Positions 1 through 9,200 of a DNA stretch of 41,326 nucleotides are shown one piece after another. Under the pieces are notes generated by a model. That model did no database searches. It saw nothing but the letters and a program-made list of their open reading frames with translations, and had not been told where the DNA came from. Every line of letters starts with the position of its first letter. The stretch's first letter is position 1. This DNA is from a virus (lineage: Duplodnaviria; Heunggongvirae; Uroviricota; Caudoviricetes): positions 1-41,326 of IMG/VR virus record IMGVR_UViG_2548876945_000011, one strand, 5' to 3'. A program made the position numbers and the translations under genes.

Positions 1-342
1 ATGATGAAAAAAAGTATTCTGGCGTTTCTGTTACTCACCAGTTCTGCAGCGGCGCTGGCTGCACCGCAGGTGATTACCGTCAGTCGTTTTGAAGTGGGTA
101 AAGACAAATGGGCGTTTAATCGCGAAGAGGTGATGCTGACTTGCCGACCGGGTAATGCTTTGTATGTTATTAATCCGAGTACCCTCGTGCAGTATCCTTT
201 AAACGATATCGCACAAAAGGAAGTTGCCAGTGGGAAGACCAATGCCCAACCCATTTCGGTGATTCAGATTGATGATCCTAACAATCCCGGCGAAAAAATG
301 AGTCTGGCACCGTTTATAGAACGAGCTGAAAAACTCTGTTAA
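1..342 (+). CDS. yebY: YebY, periplasmic DUF2511-family protein (host gene)
   Basis: Complete 113-aa ORF with N-terminal signal peptide ([22 protein letters not shown]); matches my memory of E. coli YebY; K-12 neighbour of pphA. Confidence 0.75.
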   Translation: MMKKSILAFLLLTSSAAALAAPQVITVSRFEVGKDKWAFNREEVMLTCRPGNALYVINPSTLVQYPLNDIAQKEVASGKTNAQPISVIQIDDPNNPGEKMSLAPFIERAEKLC

Positions 343-371
343 TTACCTAAAATAGCCTTTTGATTTCCAAT

Positions 372-415
372 AAAAAAACCGCCTCAGTTCTTTCACCAGA
401 ACGGGCGGTTTTTAA
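372..415. terminator. Bidirectional intrinsic terminator downstream of yebY
   Basis: GC stem CCGCC...GGCGG flanked by an A-run upstream and a T-run downstream, so hairpin plus U-tract on both strands. Confidence 0.5.
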
Positions 416-500
416 CATTTCAGCTGATGACCACCACGCTTTTTATTGACCATTTTGCACGCAAACTGGAAAACCTGGCGTCGTCATCTATTCTTAAAGG

Positions 501-603
501 GCAAGGCAACTAAGCCTGCATTAATGCCAACTTTTAGCGCACGGCTCTCTCCCAAGAGCCATTTCCCTGGACCGAATACAGGAATCGTATTCGGTCTTTT
601 TTT
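501..603 (+). ncRNA. sdsR: SdsR/RyeB-like sRNA; its 3' terminator coincides with the prophage attL core
   Basis: About 103 nt between a sigmaS-like -10 (TCTATTCTT near 487-497) and a perfect hairpin CCGAATAC-AGGAATC-GTATTCGG followed by T7; the yebY-pphA intergenic region is the known sdsR/ryeA locus. Identity from memory, not searched. Confidence 0.5.
578..597. repeat. attL core (ACAGGAATCGTATTCGGTCT)
   Basis: 20-bp sequence repeated with one mismatch at 40234-40253; adjacent to int; weaker flanking similarity extends to about 574-603. Confidence 0.6.
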
Positions 604-645
604 AATTGTATTTAAAATCAATTAGTTGCAAACGTCTCCCCGAAA

Positions 646-665
646 TTACTCGAAATTTACTCGAA
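646..665. repeat. Tandem TTACTCGAA repeats, candidate integrase arm-type binding sites
   Basis: Two direct copies at 646-654 and 657-665 between the attL core and the int stop; a related AACTCGAAA lies at 40109-40117 near attR. Confidence 0.3.
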
Positions 666-734
666 TTTCTGTATTCCGGTCTTTTTTGGTTATATCACAA
701 CCAAAACACATTTAACAATCCATTTACGTTAAAA

Positions 735-1811
735 TCAGAGCAGTAAGTACGTTTTTTCTCTCTCATCAAGATACATTTTTGTTGTCTTCTCCGATGTGTG
801 GCCAAGTAGACGTTGAGCAAATTCTTCCCCACATGTTTCTTTGTACAATCGTCCAGCCAGACTTCTGATCTCGTGAAAAGTTGGTGGGTTTTCACTGAAC
901 TGGATACCTGTTAATTTTCTGGCTGCGACAAATTTCTTTGTCAGGCCGTCCGGGTGAATGCTGCCGTCAGGGCTGTTTTTTCTAATCCCGGCACTGATTA
1001 GATAATCCCCCCTACTTACCATGCGGCACTGTTCAACTACTGTACCAAGTCGTAAACCAGCGACAGGAAGGCTGAGTGACAGGGGGATAGCAATCATCAT
1101 TCCTGTCTTAATTTGCCTGATGTGGAGACGATCATCATAAATCTCACTGAACCGCATATTTGTTATGTCTTCGCGACGTTGTCCTGTTACAAGGGCTAAG
1201 TCCATAGCTAATGGGAACCATGTCGGAAGTTGATCTGCTGCCTCCCTGATGCAGTTGTATGTCTTTAGTTTCAGCCGTTCTCTTGTAACTACTATTTTCG
1301 GTGCTCTTGTTGGCGTTACTGGATTTTGAGATATACGTCCTTCAACAATGGCCTCGCGGAACATATCAGATAACACAGAACGCATTGATCCTGCCATCGT
1401 GTTTTTCCCTCCTTCAATCCACAAATCAAGAAACTCGGCAATATGGCGAGTGGTTATTTCTGTCAGTAAAACTCCTCCTAATTTTTCTTTTATTGTCTCC
1501 AGTTGATTTACCCGAATTTTATAAGTATTTCTGGACACTTTTCTCCTTATAAGAATCGTTTTGTAACGTTCAATCCAGTCTGCCATAGTAAATGAGTCGA
1601 ACCCTTTTAGTTTTTCAATTAAGGCAGCAGGAGAGTAGTTTTTGTATATATAATGATTTGCTTCAATTGCCTGCGCTACTGCATCTCTTCTTGAAATTTT
1701 ACCTAGTGTAAATTCTTCTTTCGTCAGAGGGTTGCGCCAGTAATATGCTTTGTCCCTCCTTCGATATGTTAAGTTTTTAGGCAAATTGGGATCGTATTTT
1801 TTCCGCTGCAT
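735..1811 (-). CDS. int: Tyrosine integrase, lambda Int family
   Basis: 358-aa ORF; N-terminal arm-binding-like region and overall similarity in pattern to lambda Int; next to the att core and overlapped by the xis ORF. Confidence 0.9.
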
Positions 1812-2064
1812 GTTTTAACTTCTCCAGTAACGGACTGTCTCTCCCTTGTCGCCCATTAGGCTGATGGTGTGTTATATCGGTATCAACCTTATTTGGGTTG
1901 ATATAGAAAGCTTCCGGAACCACCCTGTAACTTCTCCCGTGTAGTTCAGGTGCAGGATAAATGTTTCCATTCCTTGCCCATCGTCTCAGCGTTGATATTG
2001 ATGGTGGGTTATCCGGATATCTGAGTTTTCCCCACGTTTTGAGTGTCACAAGATTCATTGCCAT
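1777..2064 (-). CDS. xis: Excisionase-like protein
   Basis: Small basic ORF overlapping the int start by about 35 nt, the typical xis-int arrangement; AAGAGG RBS; the true start may be the second ATG at 2058. Confidence 0.6.
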   Translation of the reverse strand: MAMNLVTLKTWGKLRYPDNPPSISTLRRWARNGNIYPAPELHGRSYRVVPEAFYINPNKVDTDITHHQPNGRQGRDSPLLEKLKHAAEKIRSQFA

Positions 2065-2164
2065 ACCTCTTACGATATGACCGCCAGTAAATATACAGAA
2101 TACTGGCGGGTGTGGTTGATTTTTAATAATCAGCTATGAAGTTCTAATTTGTATATAATGCAAC

Positions 2165-2353
2165 TCACGAGGACAGAAGTTTCTCGCAATTAAAATTTAT
2201 CAGCTTTACTTTCTGCTCTCTGGACACGCCTGCTTCTTTTTTCCCTGAGAGCATTTTTTCGCATTCTGATTTCGTTAATTTAGATTTTGAATATCTTGTC
2301 CAGTTAGTAGGAGTGCCACCTTCTTTTTCAATAGTGGCAGTTATTTTATACAT
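2165..2353 (-). CDS. Small hypothetical early protein (YdaC-like position)
   Basis: 62-aa ORF starting at an internal ATG preceded by GGAGGTG; AT-rich; lies between xis and ralR as ydaC does in Rac. Confidence 0.4.
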   Translation of the reverse strand: MYKITATIEKEGGTPTNWTRYSKSKLTKSECEKMLSGKKEAGVSREQKVKLINFNCEKLLSS

Positions 2354-2540
2354 GAACACCTCCATTATTATTTCCAGTAGTTCGTTTATTCCATCTTTCG
2401 AGTGCTTCTTTTTCACTTCCACCATAGCCAGTTCGGGATTCGCATCCGTTGCATTTTGCCCGGTAATATCCTGAAATTGCTTTCACCGTAACAGATGGAC
2501 AACCACAAAACGGACATGGTTTAACATCGTCATATCTCAT
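2346..2540 (-). CDS. ralR: Lar/RalR-family restriction-alleviation protein (type I toxin candidate)
   Basis: 64-aa product from MRYDDVKPCPFCG... with CPFCG/CNGC zinc-ribbon motifs characteristic of the Lar family; Rac-like position upstream of recT. Confidence 0.6.
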   Translation of the reverse strand: MRYDDVKPCPFCGCPSVTVKAISGYYRAKCNGCESRTGYGGSEKEALERWNKRTTGNNNGGVHV

Positions 2541-2596
2541 AATTTTTGTCATAAAAACTGTCTCACGTTGGCGGTGCATTACACCGCCAGGCTGAA

Positions 2597-3406
2597 TTAT
2601 TCTTCTGAATTATCGATTACACTGTATTCCCCGGTTAATACAGAGGAGTCTGCCGGATCGATTGTCAGTGGTTCCTTTTCATCCATTGATACTGCACGCT
2701 GGATTTCAATTGAGACAGGCAGGTATTTAAACAGGCGACGAATAGCCGTTTTTTTTGCCATTTCTTCCCAGTGAGTTACCCATGGCCCGTTATTACCAGC
2801 CTTACTCTGGCTGCGCACCAGTTCAATCTGTTTGCGCGTCATAACTTCAAACTGAGTCCCTCCGTCTTTCAGTCTTGCGACAGCATAGACGTGGGTCACT
2901 GGTGCATCTTCGTTTTCTCCCGGGCGGTGTATTAACTTTTCATCAAGGCCAAATTCAAAACTAAACTCGTCACCTTCACGGACAACACGGGCTGACAGGC
3001 TGGCGATTTGACCAGAACGGCGAGCCAGATCAATCATGCCGCGATAACCAATGATTAGCTGAACGTTCTTTTTACCGCTCTTTTCGTTTTTATTACCAAA
3101 AGGCAGTAAATATGCGTGGCCGAGGGCGCTACCTGGCTCAAGGCCGAGCTGTGAACACTGAACGATCGCACTGACAAAACTCATGGTGTCACAGTTTCCT
3201 AGCGCCGGAACCTTACGAATTTCTGTGGTGGCGATACGTATCATTCGTTCAGCCGTCATATGGCGTGGGAGAGCTGCTGCCAGTTGCTCTTTCATTGATG
3301 GCTGATTAATAAAGCTGATCACGTCGTTATTTTTTACTGCTGCTGGTGCACGGTTTCCCTGGGTTTTTTGCAGATCGGCTTTTGCGATAGGTGGTTGCTT
3401 AGTCAT
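2597..3406 (-). CDS. recT: RecT single-strand annealing recombinase
   Basis: 269-aa product from [13 protein letters not shown]...; matches my memory of Rac RecT; AAGGAG RBS 7 nt upstream. Confidence 0.9.
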   Translation of the reverse strand: MTKQPPIAKADLQKTQGNRAPAAVKNNDVISFINQPSMKEQLAAALPRHMTAERMIRIATTEIRKVPALGNCDTMSFVSAIVQCSQLGLEPGSALGHAYLLPFGNKNEKSGKKNVQLIIGYRGMIDLARRSGQIASLSARVVREGDEFSFEFGLDEKLIHRPGENEDAPVTHVYAVARLKDGGTQFEVMTRKQIELVRSQSKAGNNGPWVTHWEEMAKKTAIRRLFKYLPVSIEIQRAVSMDEKEPLTIDPADSSVLTGEYSVIDNSEE

Positions 3407-6050
3407 TTGCATACTCCTTAGCCCAGCGGGGCAGTGATAACGTTTTAATAGCTGGCCATTCATCGGTATTCAGGCAGTCAGCCAGGGTCCTCAGATTGCG
3501 GTGATATTCCTGCTGGCCTGCCAGTTTTGCTTCTTCGCCCATCATGAAAATCTCAACCGGGTAACGTCCGCATTCAACAGTTGTGCTGGCAACCAGAAAA
3601 ACGAAAGTTGGCAGCACGCCAAACTGTGCTTCATAACCGTCACTGTAGAATGCATCCTGAACGTGATAGCGGTAGTCGTAATAAGCCGTTTTGAATCGTT
3701 GAATATCCGCTGTGGTTTTCACGTCCATGATCCAGTGAAATTCAGGAATAATTTTGTCCGGACGGCACCGACACAAAATTCCTGTTTCCGGATCTTCCCA
3801 GTAAATTGATGATTCAGCGTGTCCGGCGCTTTCAACAAGCCATTGCCCCAGCGGCAAAGCCATAACGCTTTGATACATGAGTTCAATTTTCCGGCCTTCT
3901 TCCGCAGTGATAACCGTTTTTCCTGTGCTTGCGCATTCCATCAGAAACGCTTTCTCTTCTTCTTTTCCGGCGTTTGTACGGCGGTTAAATTCAGGTGCTA
4001 CGATAAAGCGGTTACTGAATTCTTCCGGTTCAAGTACCCGGCAGTGGAAAGCGGTTCCTAAATCGAGCGTTTTTGTCTTTGTAGTGTCCACGGGGGCATT
4101 TTTACGCCACAAATACAGTGCCGGAGTATCAGCAATGTCATCGAGCTGAGACTTACTGACACCGGGACCCGCGTGGTAATTCTCATTCGAAATTCCGTAA
4201 TAAATACCTGGCTCTATGTCTTCTACGATTACGGGATCTGCGACTTCGCCAGTTTCATCACTGCAATCGCGATGCGGATCGCTGCCAGCATTCTCATTGT
4301 GCGGATGTTCAGCGCCTTCCATTTCCTCCGGATCTTTTTCCTTAGCTTCAACCTGATTCTCTTCACCGAATGTTTCCTGGTATGTTGCGTCGCCCATCAC
4401 CGCACCACAGTCAGGGCAGTTATCCCCGCCAGTCTGACCGCAGGCATTGCAGACTATTTCCGGTTCCTGTTGCACTACTGGCTCAGGTTGTTTCGCATCC
4501 GGGCTGATTTTTTCCGTTTCTGGCTGGTTCTGGTACACAGAATCGCGAGTCTGGATCCCCTTAACCCATTTCGGATCGTTCGGGTCGCTAATCCCTTCAA
4601 CAAATTCTCCGCGAGAGGCAGCCAGTAATTTGTCTGCATCGACAGGATTTTTGGGCGGAATGTTTTTCCGGGCTTCATGGAGTTCTGCCCGCAGTTTCTG
4701 ATATTTCGCATCAACAGAATTTACCTGTGACTGAGCATCCAGCGACTGCGTGTCCTGATGATGTTCAGTTGCATCCGGTTCCACTGTTTCAGCCGTTGCC
4801 TGTTCATCTGCCATTGCGCAAGATGGTTGCAGTTTTTCTTCATCATCCTGTTTTTCTTCTTCTGTTACACGCTGCGGCATCGGGGCAGAGGAACGACCGC
4901 AGGCAATATCCACGATTTCTGGATCAGGGTTGGCATGATCAGTTTCAGTCAGTACTTTGTTCAGATATTCAGTGACGTGTGCGGGGATAACCTCGATCCC
5001 AATTGGTGCTTCTTTTACGGACGCAACCACGATGGCGCGGGAATAATCCAGCCCACCAGGCATGGTGATGAATTTGTCGCGGAAAACAGAAAAGGGTGGT
5101 TTATTTTCAGCGATAATTTCCTCGACACGTTTAGCGTGTGCCGGATGAAGGTTATAAATGTCCACGTCCATTGAACGAGCCAGTACGCCAGTGGCTACGT
5201 CGCGCGCCAGTGACGTCAGATCGTGAACGAAACCTTCGCCGCGATCGGTGAGGTTCCCGCCGCCAGCATTAGCGCCGGAAGCCGTGCGCGTGATGCGTGA
5301 AACACGATTTCCTTTTCGCCATTCTTTTGTCAGAAGACCGCGATCAATGTGTTCGGTATCCAGCCAGGCTGAAATGAAATTCTTAAATTCATAGGGCTGA
5401 TGTTTTTTCGTGATAGAGAACACTGCCTTAATTGCATCAGTCAGGCGGAGCAGGGCGGCATTATCCAGAGTTGTCGGTTCTGCCATGCTGCGTATGGCCA
5501 ACAGCAGATTCTGGACATAGCTGTTTTCCTGATCCATCTCAAGAGCAGTAATGTGTTTGCGTTGTTCACGGGTGGCATGATGCAGGTATTTCCGATCCCC
5601 GGCAGCATACGTAAAAATGTGCAGAAGACGCTGTGTGAACCGCAAAGTGGCTACAGAGACTTCGCAATCCTGGCAATCCTCGTGGGCGTCTGCCTGCGCG
5701 TTTTCTTCCTGGCCTCCCGCCAGTTCTTTGGTTTCTTGAGCATTATCCTGGTGGTGAACGTCGTCTGGCGCTGCTCCCGGTTTTAGTTCCCAGGTCATGG
5801 AGTCTTTGCTGAGTTGATAGCGTTCACTCCAGGTAAAATCGATCTCACCTTCAGGGGGCAGGTCATTAACGACAGGAAAATTCGTGGCAACAGCTTTAAA
5901 ATAGCTGCTCAGTTTTTTACCTGACTTAACGATCAGGTAGTCCAGAGTGGCACAGGTCGATTCAAAATCGTCGCTTGCCCACAGGACGACGTCAGGTTCA
6001 CCGGATGATTTTTTCGCTTTCCGTAACAGGAAGAGTGGTTTTGTGCTCAT
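3399..6050 (-). CDS. recE: RecE exonuclease VIII
   Basis: 883-aa ORF immediately upstream of and overlapping recT; N-terminus [14 protein letters not shown]... and length agree with Rac RecE. Confidence 0.9.
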   Translation of the reverse strand: MSTKPLFLLRKAKKSSGEPDVVLWASDDFESTCATLDYLIVKSGKKLSSYFKAVATNFPVVNDLPPEGEIDFTWSERYQLSKDSMTWELKPGAAPDDVHHQDNAQETKELAGGQEENAQADAHEDCQDCEVSVATLRFTQRLLHIFTYAAGDRKYLHHATREQRKHITALEMDQENSYVQNLLLAIRSMAEPTTLDNAALLRLTDAIKAVFSITKKHQPYEFKNFISAWLDTEHIDRGLLTKEWRKGNRVSRITRTASGANAGGGNLTDRGEGFVHDLTSLARDVATGVLARSMDVDIYNLHPAHAKRVEEIIAENKPPFSVFRDKFITMPGGLDYSRAIVVASVKEAPIGIEVIPAHVTEYLNKVLTETDHANPDPEIVDIACGRSSAPMPQRVTEEEKQDDEEKLQPSCAMADEQATAETVEPDATEHHQDTQSLDAQSQVNSVDAKYQKLRAELHEARKNIPPKNPVDADKLLAASRGEFVEGISDPNDPKWVKGIQTRDSVYQNQPETEKISPDAKQPEPVVQQEPEIVCNACGQTGGDNCPDCGAVMGDATYQETFGEENQVEAKEKDPEEMEGAEHPHNENAGSDPHRDCSDETGEVADPVIVEDIEPGIYYGISNENYHAGPGVSKSQLDDIADTPALYLWRKNAPVDTTKTKTLDLGTAFHCRVLEPEEFSNRFIVAPEFNRRTNAGKEEEKAFLMECASTGKTVITAEEGRKIELMYQSVMALPLGQWLVESAGHAESSIYWEDPETGILCRCRPDKIIPEFHWIMDVKTTADIQRFKTAYYDYRYHVQDAFYSDGYEAQFGVLPTFVFLVASTTVECGRYPVEIFMMGEEAKLAGQQEYHRNLRTLADCLNTDEWPAIKTLSLPRWAKEYAND

Positions 6051-6073
6051 TGTTTTTTAACCTCAACTCATAT

Positions 6074-6370
6074 TCAGATTGCATAAAAGAAACGAACTGA
6101 TGATGCGATGCCTGAGAGTTCTTTCAGTCGTTGATAACTGATGCCGTATTTCTTGTCAGCCTCTTCAATACGAGCTGCGAGTAATGCTACTTCTTTAATG
6201 GCACACACATAACAATCAAATGCTCCCAGAACGTAACCGCCATCAATAATTACCGTAACGTTTTCTTTTTGGGAAATCTGAATAAAACCATGTAATGTAT
6301 TCCCACATTTGAATTCGGCGAGAGAATCGTTAATGACATTAAGTTCAATTTCACATTCAATAATGCTCAT
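6074..6370 (-). CDS. racC: RacC-like protein
   Basis: 98-aa product from MSIIECEIELNVIN... with an AAGGAAA RBS; sits upstream of recE as in Rac. Confidence 0.55.
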   Translation of the reverse strand: MSIIECEIELNVINDSLAEFKCGNTLHGFIQISQKENVTVIIDGGYVLGAFDCYVCAIKEVALLAARIEEADKKYGISYQRLKELSGIASSVRFFYAI

Positions 6371-6444
6371 TTCTGTTTCCTTTTTTAAGATTGATAGAAT
6401 CCCTGCCATTGCTGGCATAAATTCAGTTTCGGATAGTCAGTTAA

Positions 6445-6615
6445 TTAAAGTTCGTGTGCCATCTGGTCTTTTTCGGCACAAGATTCACTGCAATATTTTC
6501 TCGGTTCGTCTTTTGATAAAGTCCCGTGCATGAAGTGGAGCATTCTTTCAATAGCTTTGCTTTCTTCAACGTCTTTTTTGCAAAGGTGGTAAGCACATTT
6601 TATTTTCTTGACCAT
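6445..6615 (-). CDS. ydaE: YdaE-like small zinc-binding protein (below the ORF-track length cutoff)
   Basis: Hand translation gives the 56-aa [56 protein letters not shown]; its ATG overlaps the kilR stop by 1 nt. Confidence 0.6.
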   Translation of the reverse strand: MVKKIKCAYHLCKKDVEESKAIERMLHFMHGTLSKDEPRKYCSESCAEKDQMAHEL

Positions 6616-6836
6616 CACCATGACTCCGCCTTTACAGGTAAACCATCACGACCGAGGAAGACTTTAATCATGCGGTCAGTAATGCATGTTTTTGTGGTCA
6701 GGTTACGAATATAAAGTTTTCGCTTTTTAATATTGTTTGCCGAGGCAATATATGTCCGGCCTTCATGAAGAACATAATCGCCAGGAGTCACACACTGACG
6801 TGGTATTTCATCAGTTCCGAAGTGATGTGCAATCAT
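6615..6836 (-). CDS. kilR: KilR cell-division inhibitor
   Basis: 73-aa product from [21 protein letters not shown]...; matches my memory of Rac KilR; GGAG RBS. Confidence 0.75.
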   Translation of the reverse strand: MIAHHFGTDEIPRQCVTPGDYVLHEGRTYIASANNIKKRKLYIRNLTTKTCITDRMIKVFLGRDGLPVKAESW

Positions 6837-7030
6837 AATTATCTCCATTTTTACAAATGAACTTTGTTGATGCGGTGTCTGGTGCCTCCAGGTGACGTTA
6901 ACCAGTTAACAATTAACGCCGGATACAGAGAACCCACCCATAAGAACCAATACGGAAGTCAACTGGCCTTTTTAACTGTGCCGCGTGCGCTGAGCCGCAT
7001 TCACCGCATCACAAAATTCACTTTAAAAAG

Positions 7031-7070
7031 GGCGGGTATCACAAGGGAAAACAAAAAACGGATACCCGCC
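7031..7070 (-). terminator. Leftward intrinsic terminator upstream of kilR (tL-like)
   Basis: 10-bp inverted repeat GGCGGGTATC/GATACCCGCC; on the minus strand it is followed by CTTTTT. Confidence 0.4.
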
Positions 7071-7295
7071 AAAAGGTAATCAACATGGGTTGTTGCAGCG
7101 GGGTTGTCACTCAGGCGTATGGTCAACCTGACAACCCGGTGCTCCTGTGGGGATTACATGAACCCCCGCCATACTTACCACCGCGCCATTTCGCGGATTG
7201 CCACAACCGGAAGCGCACGGTCGAAGAAATTTAACGACAAGCCTTCTAAGGGAAAAACACCTCCTCCGTGCGCCTTCGTGTTGTGTGCCTGTCTT

Positions 7296-7323
7296 TTTAC
7301 CACTTCAGGCTCGGTGGTATACT
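7296..7323 (+). promoter_or_regulatory. Candidate sigma70 promoter for the zinc-ribbon gene
   Basis: TTTACC, 16-bp spacer, then extended -10 TGgTATACT about 33 nt upstream of the ATG at 7356. Confidence 0.35.
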
Positions 7324-7355
7324 GGAGTTCTCACACAACCAGTAAGGAATTTAGT

Positions 7356-7634
7356 ATGGTAATTACTTCACTCTGCCCTGTTTGTTTGGCTACATCTTCT
7401 GTGCAGACTTTAGTTGAAGGACAGCGCGAATTTTTGAAAATTTATCATTGTCCAAATCATGGTAGTTTTGCCGTTCTTCCTGATCTGGACGTGAAATTGC
7501 AAGCAATGAGGTGTTCGTCGGGTTATAAGATTGAGCATTCGGAAGAGGCTATCAGGCTCGATGCACGCTTACGTGAAAGCATACGCCCAGTAGATGGTCC
7601 TCAGTCGAAAATTCCAGTATTCCGCTCTGTCTAG
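7356..7634 (+). CDS. Small zinc-ribbon-like protein, function unknown
   Basis: 92-aa ORF with CPVC...CPNH motif and AAGGA RBS; occupies the sieB-equivalent position opposite the early-left operon. Confidence 0.5.
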   Translation: MVITSLCPVCLATSSVQTLVEGQREFLKIYHCPNHGSFAVLPDLDVKLQAMRCSSGYKIEHSEEAIRLDARLRESIRPVDGPQSKIPVFRSV

Positions 7635-7646
7635 TTTTCCCCGACT

Positions 7647-7662
7647 GGCACCCTGTGGTGCC
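7647..7662. terminator. GC stem-loop between convergent genes (possible terminator)
   Basis: GGCACC-CTGT-GGTGCC hairpin in the 30-bp gap between the 7634 and 7665 stop codons; no clear U-tract. Confidence 0.3.
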
Positions 7663-7664
7663 GG

Positions 7665-7964
7665 TTACATCTCCTCGATCATCGCATTTGCTACGGCCCG
7701 CAGATCTTCCAGTGCACTTTCAACTTTTGGATCTTTTGCGGTCTCACTGACTTTTTTCATGGCATCAGCCATTCTTTTAATCAGATCATTTGGAGTCTCT
7801 TTCGGGTTAGCAGACACCCTGCTGGCCAGCTCCAGTGCAAGACGTGCATCTTTTGGTGTAATGCCTTTATCTTTTGCCATCTCTGCTGCCAGCTCAGAAA
7901 GCTCGGATGCAAGAGTGAGAACGCTTCTTCCCGTTTTTGACGGATATATATCGTGTGTGAACAT
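7665..7964 (-). CDS. Hypothetical helical protein, first gene of the leftward early operon
   Basis: 99-aa ORF with strong GAGAGGAAAAC RBS; sits where lambda N sits but has no arginine-rich motif. Confidence 0.6.
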   Translation of the reverse strand: MFTHDIYPSKTGRSVLTLASELSELAAEMAKDKGITPKDARLALELASRVSANPKETPNDLIKRMADAMKKVSETAKDPKVESALEDLRAVANAMIEEM

Positions 7965-8133
7965 TGTTTTCCTCTCCCCTTAACGCCGGGGTAGCGGAAC
8001 AAAAACCTGCTGCATAGTTAAAGTTGAACCCTGCCGTCATGTTCTTACGCCTCGGGCTGGCTACTTAACCCCTGACCACTGCCTGGTAACTCGAAGTATT
8101 GCCCTGCATTCTGTGGGGCGGGGTGGGTTGGTA

Positions 8134-8178
8134 TTTTTAGTTTAATAAACATTAAACTTAAGTCAAGTAAAAACTAAA
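8134..8178 (-). promoter_or_regulatory. PL-like leftward promoter with flanking operator half-sites
   Basis: On the minus strand TTGACT, 16-bp spacer, TAAACT; flanked by ACTAAAC and an inverted TTTTAGT; mirrors the PR-like element at 9136-9200. Confidence 0.4.
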
Positions 8179-8249
8179 CCATGGAGCGAACAAACACAAC
8201 GCTTTTGATAAAGTCGTTGCGGTTGTTATGTTTCTATTGGTAGTGAAAG

Positions 8250-8528
8250 TTAGGGAAACTGGCGTCTTGCGTGGATCACGTTTACTACTTCAACGCTTGA
8301 TGTTGTTACGCGGTATAGAATTATATAGTTAGGGTGGGCTACAATCTCACGCAAGCCAGGTACTCTGTCGCTTGGTGGGTATAAATACGGATGTTCGGAT
8401 AACGGCAGCACACAACCCCTTAATCGCTGCCATAAGCGTTCAGCCGCATCTATGTCGAAACGAGCAATATAGCTAGTTATATCATCTAGGTCGGTATCTG
8501 CGCTTTCAAGCCATAACACGGGTAACAT
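8250..8528 (-). CDS. parE: ParE/RelE-superfamily toxin
   Basis: 92-aa product from MLPVLWLESADTDLDDITSYIA... with the ParE-like C-terminal pattern; starts 1 nt after the antitoxin stop. Confidence 0.75.
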   Translation of the reverse strand: MLPVLWLESADTDLDDITSYIARFDIDAAERLWQRLRGCVLPLSEHPYLYPPSDRVPGLREIVAHPNYIILYRVTTSSVEVVNVIHARRQFP

Positions 8529-8529
8529 T

Positions 8530-8721
8530 TTACTGCTTGCTCCGTTCCTTGCGCATTTTAGCAAAGCGTTCTGCCATTCTGCGCTCAACTTCGTCATGGG
8601 GAATTGCTGGGCGCGGATCTGCAAGGCTCGTTGCTACTTTCGCACGCAGCCATTCGTTGTAACTGTTTTCTTGTTCAATGGTTTCAAATTCAGAAACCAT
8701 TGGTGAAAGGGCTCTATTCAT
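8530..8721 (-). CDS. paaA: Antitoxin of the ParE module (PaaA-like)
   Basis: 63-aa product MNRALSPMVSEFETIEQENSYNEWLRAK... with GGAGG RBS, immediately upstream of the toxin; resembles PaaA2 as I remember it. Confidence 0.6.
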   Translation of the reverse strand: MNRALSPMVSEFETIEQENSYNEWLRAKVATSLADPRPAIPHDEVERRMAERFAKMRKERSKQ

Positions 8722-8741
8722 GTTTCCTCCGGTTTTATAAC

Positions 8742-9137
8742 TCAGGCGCGGCGGCATTTTTGCGCCGCAATCCATCTCGCTATGAGATCTTCCATTGATT
8801 CTTTTTTCTGCTTTAACTCGCTGATTATCTGGCGTTGCTCATCCTCAGGGAAGGCTGAAAAAATCTGCAATAATTCCAGTTGATTAGACGTTAACCCTGC
8901 ATGTGGTGGAGAAGCTTCCGGTTGTTCTGCGTATTCCGCATCCAGATACCCTTCCGGCATCCCGTATGTTTGCTCTATTCTTCTGGCAGCCTTTTCTCCA
9001 AACGAGGCCCTCCCACTCATTAGTTGAGATAGGTAGCTCTTCTCTTTGGGTGGCAGAGTTTTATCTTTAAACCACTCCTTGAGACGTAAACGGCGAATTT
9101 CTTTTTTTTGCATGTGGTAATTATCTTTAGTAATCAC
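8742..9137 (-). CDS. paaR: HTH XRE-family repressor (CI analogue, PaaR/RacR-like) lacking a peptidase domain
   Basis: 123-131 aa with HTH (KSYLSQLMSGRASFGEKAARRIEQ); divergent from ydaS; first gene of the repressor-antitoxin-toxin operon. The first in-frame codon is GTG at 9137; the first ATG is at 9113. Confidence 0.7.
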   Translation of the reverse strand: MITKDNYHMQKKEIRRLRLKEWFKDKTLPPKEKSYLSQLMSGRASFGEKAARRIEQTYGMPEGYLDAEYAEQPEASPPHAGLTSNQLELLQIFSAFPEDEQRQIISELKQKKESMEDLIARWIAAQKCRRA

Positions 9138-9200
9138 TAAACAAGCAAATACTTGACTTAATGGTTTATTAAATACTAAACTCGCAAAAAAACACTAAAC
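9136..9200. promoter_or_regulatory. Divergent promoter/operator region (PR-like) with three ACTAAAC repeats
   Basis: ACTAAAC at 9136-9142, 9175-9181 and 9194-9200; TTGACT at 9153-9158 with 18-bp spacer to TAAACT at 9177-9182, upstream of ydaS. Confidence 0.45.

Noticed and set aside
3501-5786. Several plus-strand ORFs of 80-150 aa inside recE
   Set aside because: Antisense to a well-supported 883-aa gene; repetitive, low-complexity translations without RBSs.
7104-7355. N-terminal 84 codons of the tracked 176-aa ORF (TTG start)
   Set aside because: Low-complexity translation, non-ATG start, and it overlaps the promoter-like element for the downstream ATG at 7356, which has a proper RBS. Only the 3' 92 codons look like a gene.
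7781-8002. 73-aa minus-strand ORF overlapping the 99-aa early gene in another frame
   Set aside because: No RBS; overlaps a gene with a strong RBS; likely a chance open frame.
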